Positions 1 through 7,565 of a DNA stretch of 64,000 nt are shown here, piece by piece (position 1 is the first letter of the stretch; each line of letters opens with the position of its first letter). The notes below the pieces were generated by a model. That model was not told the origin of the DNA. It ran no database searches and was given only the letters and a program-made list of their open reading frames with translations. The position numbers were made by a program, and so were the translations under genes. Origin of the DNA: Bacilli bacterium (GTDB lineage Bacteria; Bacillota_I; Bacilli_A; RFN20; CAG-288); NCBI GenBank assembly GCA_017470005.1, contig JAFUFH010000086.1, positions 15,881-79,880 of the forward strand, read 5' to 3'.

Positions 1-164
1 GATTGGGCAGCAGGGCTACCAATCTTTAATGTGGTTTCAATGGTGGTAGAAGGGGTGGTTGCAGCGCCTGTATCTTCGGCGGAAGTGGGAGTACTAGTTT
101 GACCACCGCAAGAAGCTAAGAGAGCGACCATGCCTAATAAGGCGACTAATTTTGTTCTTTTCAT
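1..164 (-). CDS. Lipoprotein, N-terminal fragment (gene continues past the left edge); probably a sugar ABC transporter solute-binding protein
   Basis: Reverse strand reads MKRTKLVALLGMVALLASCGGQTSTPTSAEDTG...: a basic n-region, hydrophobic core and LASC lipobox. A GGAGG RBS lies 8 nt upstream of the ATG at 162-164. It sits next to malQ. Confidence 0.5.
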   Translation of the reverse strand, partial: MKRTKLVALLGMVALLASCGGQTSTPTSAEDTGAATTPSTTIETTLKIGSPAAQ

Positions 165-252
165 AATACTTAATAATTCCTCCTATAATGAAAAGTAAAC
201 GTCCCGTATCGACTATATTTCAAGAGCCCTCATGACCAATGGCTCTTTGAAA

Positions 253-1773
253 TCAACAACGCCCGTATCTCTTGTTGAGAGCTAACATGTGCTTTGCAAG
301 AGCGGGAGTGAGATCCTCAGCGAGGATCCTGTATCGCCAATTGCCAAACATGGTGCCAGGAACATTGATTCTGCTTTCATTTCCTTGATGCAAGATGTCG
401 GGCATAGCGAGAATAGCAATTTTAGAGAGGGAAGCGAGATTTAATTCTAATAGAGCTTCGACTTGCTCTTCCACATTGTTATTATCCGGTTCTTCAATAC
501 CGAAGTGCCGGCAACATAAGTTCAATTCCCTATCCGCTTCTTTCTTTTCCATTGGGTTAAGCGATTCTATATACCCTTTTAAAGGCATACAATCATGGGT
601 GGAAGTGAATGAGACGCAGGTGTATGGGTAATTGGTGGGTTTATTGAAGTTTCCTATCTCTCTTGGGAATCCGAATTCTAGCACTCTCATATCGGGGATT
701 CTCAAGTCAGATAAGACTTCAATCATCGTGGAAGAACGGGAGTCAACATCCTCTGCAATGACTCTTTTCTTGTCAGAAACAAACTTGTCGACCACCTCTT
801 TTCCTTCTGTGACTTCCCATCTTCCGTTGAGTCCATCTTGGGCACCGATTGGGAGGAAATAATTTTCGATATATCCTCTGAAGTGATCTAACACGACGAT
901 GTCATAAAGAGACAGACAGAAGTTGAGTCTATCTTTGAAGAGACGGTAGTCATTCCTTTTCAAGTAATCGAAGTCGTATAGCGGGGTTCCCCAGACCTGA
1001 CCTTTGTCGTAGAAGACATCAGGTGGGTATCCAGCGACAACCTCCATCGAATAATCTTCGTCAAGAATGAAATTTCGATGATGCTTATAGACGTCGATGG
1101 AGTCGTAAGAGACATGCATGGGCATGCTTCCTATGAGAGAGATGTTCTTCTCGTGGGCATAAGCTTTCAATTTCTCCCACTGTTTTAGGAAGATGTACTG
1201 CGTCCAGATGTAGAACTCAATTTGGTCATGATATTGGTGTTTGAGTTCTTTGAACTTCTCTGGAGAGTACTCCTTGTACTCTGGCGGAAACTCATTCCAA
1301 GGCTTGTCTTCATTGATCTCTTTGAGAACCATGAAACAAGCGAAGTCTAAGAAACGGTTTTGTCTGAGGAAGGATGTATATCCTCTCTGGTAACCACCTT
1401 TTCCCTTCTTGAAGCGGGAGTAGGCGATTTTAAGAACCTTGATGCGGTTGAGATAGATTTTTCCGTAATCTACTTTTCTAGGGTCATCTCCCCAATCGAT
1501 TCCCGTGAGATCTTTCTTCTTCAAGAGGTCTTGATCGATCAAATCATCTAAATCGATGAAATAGAAGTTTAAGGCTCTAGAAGAGAAGGATTGGAATGGG
1601 GAATCTCCGATGGAGGTTGGACCTAACGACAAAATAGACCAGTAGGAGAAACCTGAGGCAGAGAGGAAGTCGATGAATTCCTTAGCGCTCTTTCCTATCG
1701 TTCCAATTCCATACTCGCTCGGAAGAGAAAAGATAGACAAAGACACACCGCTAGCTTTTAAGTTGTTCACCAT
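253..1773 (-). CDS. malQ: 4-alpha-glucanotransferase (amylomaltase, GH77)
   Basis: 506 aa with the GH77 N-terminal signature SLPSEYGIGTIGKSAKEFIDFL and full-length similarity to MalQ. Confidence 0.9.
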   Translation of the reverse strand: MVNNLKASGVSLSIFSLPSEYGIGTIGKSAKEFIDFLSASGFSYWSILSLGPTSIGDSPFQSFSSRALNFYFIDLDDLIDQDLLKKKDLTGIDWGDDPRKVDYGKIYLNRIKVLKIAYSRFKKGKGGYQRGYTSFLRQNRFLDFACFMVLKEINEDKPWNEFPPEYKEYSPEKFKELKHQYHDQIEFYIWTQYIFLKQWEKLKAYAHEKNISLIGSMPMHVSYDSIDVYKHHRNFILDEDYSMEVVAGYPPDVFYDKGQVWGTPLYDFDYLKRNDYRLFKDRLNFCLSLYDIVVLDHFRGYIENYFLPIGAQDGLNGRWEVTEGKEVVDKFVSDKKRVIAEDVDSRSSTMIEVLSDLRIPDMRVLEFGFPREIGNFNKPTNYPYTCVSFTSTHDCMPLKGYIESLNPMEKKEADRELNLCCRHFGIEEPDNNNVEEQVEALLELNLASLSKIAILAMPDILHQGNESRINVPGTMFGNWRYRILAEDLTPALAKHMLALNKRYGRC

Positions 1774-1996
1774 AGTCTAAAACTGACAAAATTTTATCTC
1801 ATATGCACGCTTATACAAAACAAAACGGAAAATGTTATATTTACATTATAACACTAGAAAGTATCGATATTTTGTTAACTTTTTTATATACAAATTGTTA
1901 ACAAAAAATATGTTGTTTTACCTATATAAATAAAGCAAAAACGAGTTTTTGCAGGCTTTTTTGGAGGATATGAGATGTTTTTATCGTCTAAAAAAA

Positions 1997-2019
1997 GCCC
2001 GATTTCTCGGGACTTTTTC
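1997..2019. terminator. Weak bidirectional hairpin terminator (cccga-tttc-tcggg) flanked by an A-run and a T-run
   Basis: aaaaaaagcccgatttctcgggactttttc. The T-run lies on the minus-sense side, about 180 nt downstream of the mazG stop. Confidence 0.35.
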
Positions 2020-2200
2020 GAAATCGATTTCAAAAATATTTCGATTTTTTGACACTTTTTTCAAATGTAAAATTTAATGGTTTTTCTTTTTTTACTATAT
2101 TCTTTTTACAAACGACAGATTTTGTCGGAAATCTAGAAAGATTTCACGCGTTTGCTATTTTCTTTCTTTTTTCCCTTCAATTCGGGCTTTTTAGCTCCTT

Positions 2201-2548
2201 TCAATCTTTGTCCTCTCTATGGATAGAGCCCGAGGCGGAAAAAGTGTGGCCATGATACCTTTGATAGAGCTTATCGAGATTGGTTTTGGCTACCTCTTCT
2301 AAGCTCACTCCTAAGCCTTTACAGACTTCGGCGATATACCAGAGAACATCTCCTAATTCCTTGACCATCTTCTCTTTATCAAAAGGATGTCCTTGGAAGA
2401 GATATTTCTTATAAAGATCGGCGCATTCTCCCGCTTCCCCTGTCAAACCTAATACTCCATTTAAAAGAGGTTCTTTCTTAGCTTCTTCCGACATGAGCTC
2501 ATTAGCTCTCTCTTGATATTCGTTAAAGGATAAGGTCTCTTTCATCAA
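2201..2548 (-). CDS. MazG-like nucleoside triphosphate pyrophosphohydrolase
   Basis: 115 aa, all-alpha MazG fold with the EAGE motif (GLTGEAGECADLYKK). It overlaps the upstream NUDIX gene by 4 nt. Confidence 0.8.
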   Translation of the reverse strand: MMKETLSFNEYQERANELMSEEAKKEPLLNGVLGLTGEAGECADLYKKYLFQGHPFDKEKMVKELGDVLWYIAEVCKGLGVSLEEVAKTNLDKLYQRYHGHTFSASGSIHREDKD

Positions 2549-3036
2549 TCTACCTCCACTTCAAAGTTTTTCTTTAGATATTTCTGTATGGGTTCCATCG
2601 TACCTCTAAGCATCTCTTCAACTTTAGGAAGAGAAGCAAGAGAGACAAAGGAGATGCTAGTGGATTCTTCATCTTGAGCTTTTAACGTGACATCCTTAGA
2701 ATTCACTCTCACAAAGAACACCAGATCACAATAATCGGTGACATCCCCATTAGGATAGACAATCTCCATCTCTTTTCCGCTCTTGATCATGAATAGATGC
2801 AAGTCTTCTTTCTTTAATAATAATCCGGTCTCTTCAAAGACTTCTCTGATGACACCTTCTTTGACTTTCTCATCTAAGTCAATACTTCCTCCTGGAAGAC
2901 AATATAGTCCGTTATCGCTTCTCTTCTCTAAGAGAACTTCTTCTTTTTCATTGATGATGAGAGCACTTAATCCCACAGAGAGCATTCTCTCATGCCCGAT
3001 CATCTTTCTCATATAAGGAATATAATCAATAGCCAT
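2545..3036 (-). CDS. NUDIX hydrolase
   Basis: Nudix box GGSIDLDEKVKEGVIREVFEETGL (GX5EX7REVXEEXGU). Confidence 0.85.
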   Translation of the reverse strand: MAIDYIPYMRKMIGHERMLSVGLSALIINEKEEVLLEKRSDNGLYCLPGGSIDLDEKVKEGVIREVFEETGLLLKKEDLHLFMIKSGKEMEIVYPNGDVTDYCDLVFFVRVNSKDVTLKAQDEESTSISFVSLASLPKVEEMLRGTMEPIQKYLKKNFEVEVD

Positions 3037-3098
3037 AGTTCACCTTCTTTTCTTCATTAATTATAACAAAACAGAGAGTGCTCTCCGCTCTCTTTCTT

Positions 3099-3108
3099 AT
3101 GATATAAT
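3099..3108 (+). promoter_or_regulatory. Extended -10 (TGaTATAAT), 7 nt before ATG 3116; implies a leaderless transcript
   Basis: tgatataat at 3100-3108. There is no Shine-Dalgarno sequence between it and the ATG. Confidence 0.4.
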
Positions 3109-3115
3109 CTTTTCT

Positions 3116-3385
3116 ATGAACGAAAACGAAAAGATAGAAGTCAAAAGAGCCCTGTCTCTTTTAAAAGCCGGATATCACTTATACACTCTCATCAATAAGA
3201 AAGAAGAACACTTCTTTTATCAGAAAGAAAAAGTCTTAGTCAGAAGCGAAGAAAAAGGTCTCACTCTCTCCCCTTTCTCCTTCTTAGAGCTCTATCAAGA
3301 CGCCCTTTTTGAGATCTATGATGATGAGAAAGAAGAGGTGGTCGATCCTAAAAAAGATGAAGAATATTATTCTTGGCGTCAGTAA
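3116..3385 (+). CDS. Hypothetical protein (89 aa, acidic C-terminus)
   Basis: ORF with an adjacent extended -10. No recognisable domain. Confidence 0.5.
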   Translation: MNENEKIEVKRALSLLKAGYHLYTLINKKEEHFFYQKEKVLVRSEEKGLTLSPFSFLELYQDALFEIYDDEKEEVVDPKKDEEYYSWRQ

Positions 3386-3388
3386 GAC

Positions 3389-3416
3389 TTGCAAAAAAAG
3401 CTTTTTTCGTTATAAT
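3389..3416 (+). promoter_or_regulatory. SigA-type promoter TTGCAA-N16-TATAAT for the small ORF 3453-3596
   Basis: ttgcaa at 3389-3394 and tataat at 3411-3416. The spacing puts the transcription start near 3423. Confidence 0.5.
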
Positions 3417-3452
3417 ATTTGAGCGCGCAAAGTAGAATAGAGGTATATACAC

Positions 3453-3596
3453 ATGGGTAAAGCAAAATTTGAAGCCAGAGGCTTCGCCGATGAATGGGCC
3501 GTTAGAAGAGAAAAAAGAGAAAAGAAATTAGCCAAAAAGAACGCTGCCATGAAAGCCAAAAAACAGGCTGCCAAGGCTGCTGCTAAAGCGGAATAA
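3453..3596 (+). CDS. Unannotated small basic protein (47 aa, K/A/E/R-rich): MGKAKFEARGFADEWAVRREKREKKLAKKNAAMKAKKQAAKAAAKAE
   Basis: It has an AGAGG RBS 9 nt upstream, its own promoter, and is followed immediately by a hairpin plus T8 terminator. It falls below the ORF-track size cut-off. The overlapping 130-aa minus-strand ORF looks spurious. Confidence 0.55.
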   Translation: MGKAKFEARGFADEWAVRREKREKKLAKKNAAMKAKKQAAKAAAKAE

Positions 3597-3614
3597 TTTT
3601 TTCTTAGATAACAC

Positions 3615-3641
3615 CCGGAGACATTTGTCTCCTTTTTTTTA
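3615..3641 (+). terminator. Rho-independent terminator (ggagacatttgtctcc + T8)
   Basis: Perfect 6-bp stem, 4-nt loop, followed by tttttttt. Confidence 0.6.
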
Positions 3642-3643
3642 TC

Positions 3644-3675
3644 AAAAAAGGTCGCTTCGAATGGGGCGACCTTTT
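3644..3675 (-). terminator. Rho-independent terminator for the 1231-aa GGDEF/EAL gene (ggtcgc...gcgacc hairpin)
   Basis: aaaaaaggtcgcttcgaatggggcgacctttt. The A-run gives the T-tract on the minus strand. Confidence 0.55.
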
Positions 3676-3678
3676 CCT

Positions 3679-6600
3679 TTATTCTTTTCCTTGTTCTTCT
3701 TTTTGTTTCTTCCATCTCTTTTGATCGTAAAGATCGCCATCCGCAATAGGATAGAGAGCAGAGAAGCAACTTCCATTCTCTGGCATCAAAGCGATACCGC
3801 AAGATACGTGAAGTTCTTGATCGAGACCGACATCGTATCCGATATCTTTCATCACATCCGATAATTCTTTTCTCATCGCTTCTTTGTCGAAGTTTTCTCC
3901 GCGTTGTTTGAGTAAGATACAGAATTCATCTCCACCCATACGGGTTGCGAATTCAAAACGATTTCCTAAGCGCAAGAATCTCTCCTTGATCTTTCCTAAG
4001 ACTTTATCGCCGATAGGATGTCCATACGTATCGTTGAGAACCTTGACTTTGTCAATATCCATGATAAGGAGGGCAGCAGGATCTAGTAAGTGTTGTCCTA
4101 AATAGTTATCGATGAGATTCTTACCTGTAGTTCTATTGAGACAATTGGTAAGAGCATCGTATTCGCTCATCTTGGATTCTGTGATATCTTCTACAAAGTA
4201 ACACGCGTAATGGTGACCGCGGTCGAAATAGAATTTGATACGGCATCTTCGGAATTCCATCTTGCCATACAACTTGTATGTCATTTCAAAAGGTGCTAAA
4301 GAACCAGCGCGGTCTTTCAACGACTGAATATTCATGAAGCTCTCCACTTTTCTTCTCTCGTTATCCGAGATGAGAGAGAGAAGCTTCGGATAGAACTCTT
4401 GGCTGTAATTTCCGCTGACTAACGGATTCTCATAAGCGCTGTTTAACTGTAGACGCGTGCAGTAATCTAAGTCTAAATCAATCTCGACATAATAGGTGGC
4501 CACTTTCTCTAAAGTAGAGAGAATTCGGTCGTAGAATTTGAAACCAGAATCGGTGGTTTCCACGATATATTTGTTCGGGTTGCCCAGTTTAGAGAAGATG
4601 AACAAATTGCATTCTTTGCCCTGGAAATGGGTGACTGTGCAACTGGCTTCAAAGACAAGATTGGAAGTCTTACAGAAGACTCTCTTTCTTCCTATAGTAG
4701 TGGAGAACTCTTGTCCGAACACTTCTTCAAATGACTTGCCTTCCGTCAAATCAGCGAAATCTGCTTTTAAAGTCTTGTTATAAGTCAAAACAATACCACT
4801 CTTATCGGTGAGAAGGACACCATAGAGAGGAGAGCTGAATAATTCTAATAATTCTTTCTCTTCGATTTTGTTTCCTTTTGCGGAATCTTTAAGATTCGGG
4901 AATCCGATAACAAAATAATAACGGCAATTGCTACCTGTACGAACTAACATGGAAGAAATCGCAATACGATACACTTCTAAACCGAAAGTGAAAGGTATCT
5001 CTTTGAATTCCGTAAATTGATAAAGTTCTCTTGCTCTTTTTAAACAATCCAAACATTTTTGTTGATAAGAAGGAGAGACAAAATCGATGAGTGAGGAGTT
5101 TTGGAATAGATCTAAAGCGCCTAAATAAGAGAGAGAATCTCTTCCTTTCTTATTCAAGAACTGACAATACATTCCGTTGTCATCCAAGCGGAAAATACCG
5201 CAAGGATTGGCGAATTGTTCCATGAGGAAATGCACGTTGCTACGAGCATCTAACAAATCGTTCAAAATCAATTTGGTATCGTCATTGATGGAGACATCAT
5301 GGATTCTCTTCTTGTTGAGAATCTGTTCGAATTCTTCCATAGGCATCGGTTTACCAAAGAGGTAACCTTGGATGTAATAAACACCTAAAGAGCGGAAATA
5401 TTCGGCTTCCATTCTCGTTTCCACACCTTCTACGATGATAGGAACATCGATAGAGCGAGCTAAAGCGACAACCGCTTCAATGACTTTTCTTTCTTTCTTT
5501 TGGTTTTGGCTGTGAGAAAGGAATTTGCAATCGAGCTTCAAGATATCAAAGTTGAGATATCTCAAAGAATTCAAGGAGCTTTCTCCCGAACCGAAGTCAT
5601 CCATCAAAACACGTATTCCCGCTTCAGAACACTTCTTGACGAAAGCGAGGATTTGAACTTCGAAATCCACATAAGCGGATTCTGTGATTTCCACTTCAAT
5701 CAAATCGGTAGGAATGCGGTATTCTTTCAAAGTGAAAAGAATATGTTCAAAGATGGTGGGATCACCAAAGTCTGCACGAGAGAAGTTCACAGAGATAGGA
5801 ACGACTTTTTCAGGTTCGGTATCTAACCATCTACGAAGAGTCTTACAAACCTGTTTCAAAACATAGAAATCTAATTCACGGCATAAACCATTGGATTCAA
5901 ATAAAGGAATGAAATCTCCAGGAGGGACAAGTTTACCATTCAGATTCCATCTCACCAAGGCTTCACCACCAAAATAGGCTTCCGTTTCTAAATTATATTT
6001 CGGTTGGATATAAACTAAGAATTCTCCCTTTTCAATGGATTGATGGAAACGGGAAGAATAGAACTGAGACTTTATTTCCACTTTATCCATTTCGTCATCA
6101 AAAATACGGATTGGAATAAGGATATCCTCTTTGGCATAACGATGTGCAAATGATGCTTTCAATAAACATTGTCCAAATTCTTCGCTCTTATCTTTCACCT
6201 GATAGATACCGACAGCGATATGAAGGGCAAGCTCTTGGAATTGAGAGGTGATCTCTTCTCTGATCTTGCTTACTTCTAAGGCGATATTTTCCGCAACACC
6301 TGTCGTGACGATGACAAAATTATCGGAGCCGTTCTTTCTCGCTAATAGAGAATGAGTATATCTAGAAGTTAAAACAGCTGCGGTCTTTCTTAACACTTCA
6401 TCCGCAAATACGGTTCCATAACTTCGATTGATGTTTCTGAAGTGATGGAAATCCATATCCAAAATGACGATTGGCTTATCTTTATGCTCTTTCAAATATT
6501 CTGGATAGAAATTGTTTAAAACGTTTAACCAAGGTAAATCGGTGATGTGATCAAAATATAGTTTGGAATATAAGAAACCACGATATAAGAGAGCACCGAT

Positions 6601-7374
6601 ACTATTGGCAGCATAGTCTGCTAAGAACAAATCGAGCTTTCCATCCACTCTCTTAGGGTTAGAGAAGGTGAAGAAACCACACAATTCTCTTTCCATGAAC
6701 AAAGGAATGATGATGACGGTATTGATTCCTCTCTCGATAAATCTTTGATAAAGAACAGAATCGAAAGCATCAAAACCTTTCATATCTTCACAAACAAGAG
6801 AGAAGCCTCTCTCATAGTAGTTAGGAAGGGAATTGAACCAATAATCATTGAGTGATATGGATTTTGGCAAAGGATTTTTGTAATCTCCTCTGCGATATTG
6901 GTACAGTTTTCCGTTTTGATAAGGGTCATTGTTAGTGAAAATAAAGAGTTGAGCATATTCACTCTCATAAAAGTCCATCATCTTATAGATGACAGAATCA
7001 ATCAATATATCATGAGTTTTTTTGCCGTTTTCTACATACAAATAAGCACTTTGAAGTTCAGAACGCATATCATTTTCAATATCAGAAATGATCGTTCTAG
7101 CATCCATGTTATAAGAAGAAGTGGTGACAGGGAGGATGGATTTTGCAACTTCAATAACAACTTTTCTTCCTTCAATAGTAGAGATATGAGAGTTGATACT
7201 AATAAAACGCTTGTCAAAAGTGGGTAACTTTTTCCCTAATTCAGGTACACTCTCCATCCATGCACGGTTTTTGTAGAGAATTTCACGAGTTTCCACATCT
7301 TCAATCAAGATTAAATCAGGGAGTTCATCGAAATCGCTGAAGTGTTTCAATTGGAGAATATTATCTGCTTCCAT
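3679..7374 (-). CDS. Cytoplasmic multidomain c-di-GMP signalling protein: sensor region, degenerate GGDEF, EAL, PAS-like region and a C-terminal catalytic GGDEF
   Basis: 1231 aa. EAL motifs are EVEITES and DDFGSGESS...QGYLFGKP. The C-terminal domain carries an intact RMGGDEFCILL. The internal GGDEF-like domain lacks the GGDEF signature. No TM segments. Confidence 0.9.
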   Translation of the reverse strand: MEADNILQLKHFSDFDELPDLILIEDVETREILYKNRAWMESVPELGKKLPTFDKRFISINSHISTIEGRKVVIEVAKSILPVTTSSYNMDARTIISDIENDMRSELQSAYLYVENGKKTHDILIDSVIYKMMDFYESEYAQLFIFTNNDPYQNGKLYQYRRGDYKNPLPKSISLNDYWFNSLPNYYERGFSLVCEDMKGFDAFDSVLYQRFIERGINTVIIIPLFMERELCGFFTFSNPKRVDGKLDLFLADYAANSIGALLYRGFLYSKLYFDHITDLPWLNVLNNFYPEYLKEHKDKPIVILDMDFHHFRNINRSYGTVFADEVLRKTAAVLTSRYTHSLLARKNGSDNFVIVTTGVAENIALEVSKIREEITSQFQELALHIAVGIYQVKDKSEEFGQCLLKASFAHRYAKEDILIPIRIFDDEMDKVEIKSQFYSSRFHQSIEKGEFLVYIQPKYNLETEAYFGGEALVRWNLNGKLVPPGDFIPLFESNGLCRELDFYVLKQVCKTLRRWLDTEPEKVVPISVNFSRADFGDPTIFEHILFTLKEYRIPTDLIEVEITESAYVDFEVQILAFVKKCSEAGIRVLMDDFGSGESSLNSLRYLNFDILKLDCKFLSHSQNQKKERKVIEAVVALARSIDVPIIVEGVETRMEAEYFRSLGVYYIQGYLFGKPMPMEEFEQILNKKRIHDVSINDDTKLILNDLLDARSNVHFLMEQFANPCGIFRLDDNGMYCQFLNKKGRDSLSYLGALDLFQNSSLIDFVSPSYQQKCLDCLKRARELYQFTEFKEIPFTFGLEVYRIAISSMLVRTGSNCRYYFVIGFPNLKDSAKGNKIEEKELLELFSSPLYGVLLTDKSGIVLTYNKTLKADFADLTEGKSFEEVFGQEFSTTIGRKRVFCKTSNLVFEASCTVTHFQGKECNLFIFSKLGNPNKYIVETTDSGFKFYDRILSTLEKVATYYVEIDLDLDYCTRLQLNSAYENPLVSGNYSQEFYPKLLSLISDNERRKVESFMNIQSLKDRAGSLAPFEMTYKLYGKMEFRRCRIKFYFDRGHHYACYFVEDITESKMSEYDALTNCLNRTTGKNLIDNYLGQHLLDPAALLIMDIDKVKVLNDTYGHPIGDKVLGKIKERFLRLGNRFEFATRMGGDEFCILLKQRGENFDKEAMRKELSDVMKDIGYDVGLDQELHVSCGIALMPENGSCFSALYPIADGDLYDQKRWKKQKEEQGKE

Positions 7375-7565
7375 ATAATCGAGTTCCTAATGCATTATAT
7401 CTTCTTAGTAAGTATACCATAAATATTGTTTCAATTCCAAAAATAATATTGAAATATATATCTAGTAAGCTAGCTTTTATATGTAAATATGATATACTAC
7501 TGATACAATTATATGTCCTCTTCTCTCCTCTATCTAAAGGACATTTATTGTCGCCGAGTAACAAA

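Noticed and set aside
1970-2255. Short ORFs in the malQ-mazG intergenic region (a 24-aa peptide after GGAGG at 1963-1967, and the 68-aa ORF at 2049-2255)
   Set aside because: The sequence is low-complexity and F/K-rich. The 68-aa ORF overlaps the 3' end of mazG on the opposite strand, and neither shows signs of conservation. The GGAGG may belong to a 5' UTR or regulatory hairpin.
3410-3802. 130-aa minus-strand ORF from the six-frame track
   Set aside because: It lies antisense to the better-supported 47-aa gene, with its promoter, RBS and terminator, and it overlaps the 3' end of the 1231-aa gene. Its sequence is low-complexity, it has no RBS, and it spans two terminator hairpins.
7449-7565. 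TTG-initiated N-terminal extension of the EAL membrane protein
   Set aside because: The extension starts with a non-ATG codon inside the divergent promoter region. The first ATG, at 7566, begins the hydrophobic sensor domain.
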